From Camelus dromedarius (taxonomy: Eukaryota): a stretch of 64,000 bases of DNA. Numbering within the stretch: the first letter of the stretch is position 1; each line of letters begins with the position of its first letter. The stretch covers positions 4,092,001 to 4,156,000 of the forward strand of contig NC_087436.1 of the NCBI RefSeq assembly GCF_036321535.1. The letters run 5' to 3'. Below are positions 63,571-64,000 of the stretch, piece after piece. The notes under the pieces are model-generated. The model had not been told where the DNA came from. It worked only from the letters and a program-made list of their open reading frames with translations, and did no database searches. Both the position numbers and the translations under genes were made by a program.

Positions 63571-64000
63571 GTAAGAACCTGCCACACACTTTTAAAATAT
63601 AATGTGAAATGCTGAGAAAACTGAAAGTCAAGCTGGGAACTATGTAGTCTCATAGAGAAAACTTTTTCCAGAGAACATCTGAGCCAACGCAGGGCGCCAC
63701 TCTGGAGGTTCCACAGTCTCTTCTGATCACAGTGCTTCCCCCAATTCTTTTCACCTCATTTGTTCAAATCAGATCAGTGGTTTAGGATTCTCCAGGGTCT
63801 GATTAAGAGACCAGATGGAGGCATTAAGAATTCTAAAATTTTCCAAGATTAACAACCAAGGTAAAATGTCTAAGATAGCCTAACAAAAGGATAGTAGGAA
63901 CTATCAAAAAAAAAAATAAAAGTAAAAACTATTGAAAGATATAAAAGATGCATTAGATCATCACATAATTCTAGATTAAAAGATCATATCTCCAAAATAT

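Noticed and set aside
1..64000. CRISPR arrays, operons or other prokaryotic systems
   Set aside because: The sequence is mammalian (SINEs, L1, spliceosomal introns); no regularly spaced identical repeats were seen.

Overview
Mammalian genomic DNA, most likely camelid (inferred from the tRNA-derived SINE family, which resembles Vic-1, and the LINE-1 style). It is repeat-rich and has no intact protein-coding gene. The window is a mosaic of intron-containing (unprocessed) fragments of three normally unlinked genes. (1) A truncated, internally deleted RALGDS-like pseudogene on the minus strand (~15.3-16.9 kb) sits between two diverged ~1 kb direct repeats. (2) A lone, open, splice-intact but diverged copy of KLHL2 exon 2 lies at 30424-30549 (+). 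(3) A disabled ANO6/TMEM16F copy with seven recognisable exons runs from 32633 to 63570 (+); two internal exons appear to be deleted. A CpG island at ~20.7-21.45 kb lies between the minus-strand and plus-strand blocks. Apparent junctions coincide with transposable elements: an inverted LTR/LTR fusion at 18880-19590, L1s at 22.3-23.4 kb and 31.1-31.9 kb, and a 3'-truncated L1 at 41685. Gene and repeat identities come from recalled protein and repeat sequences, not database searches, and exon numbers are approximate.
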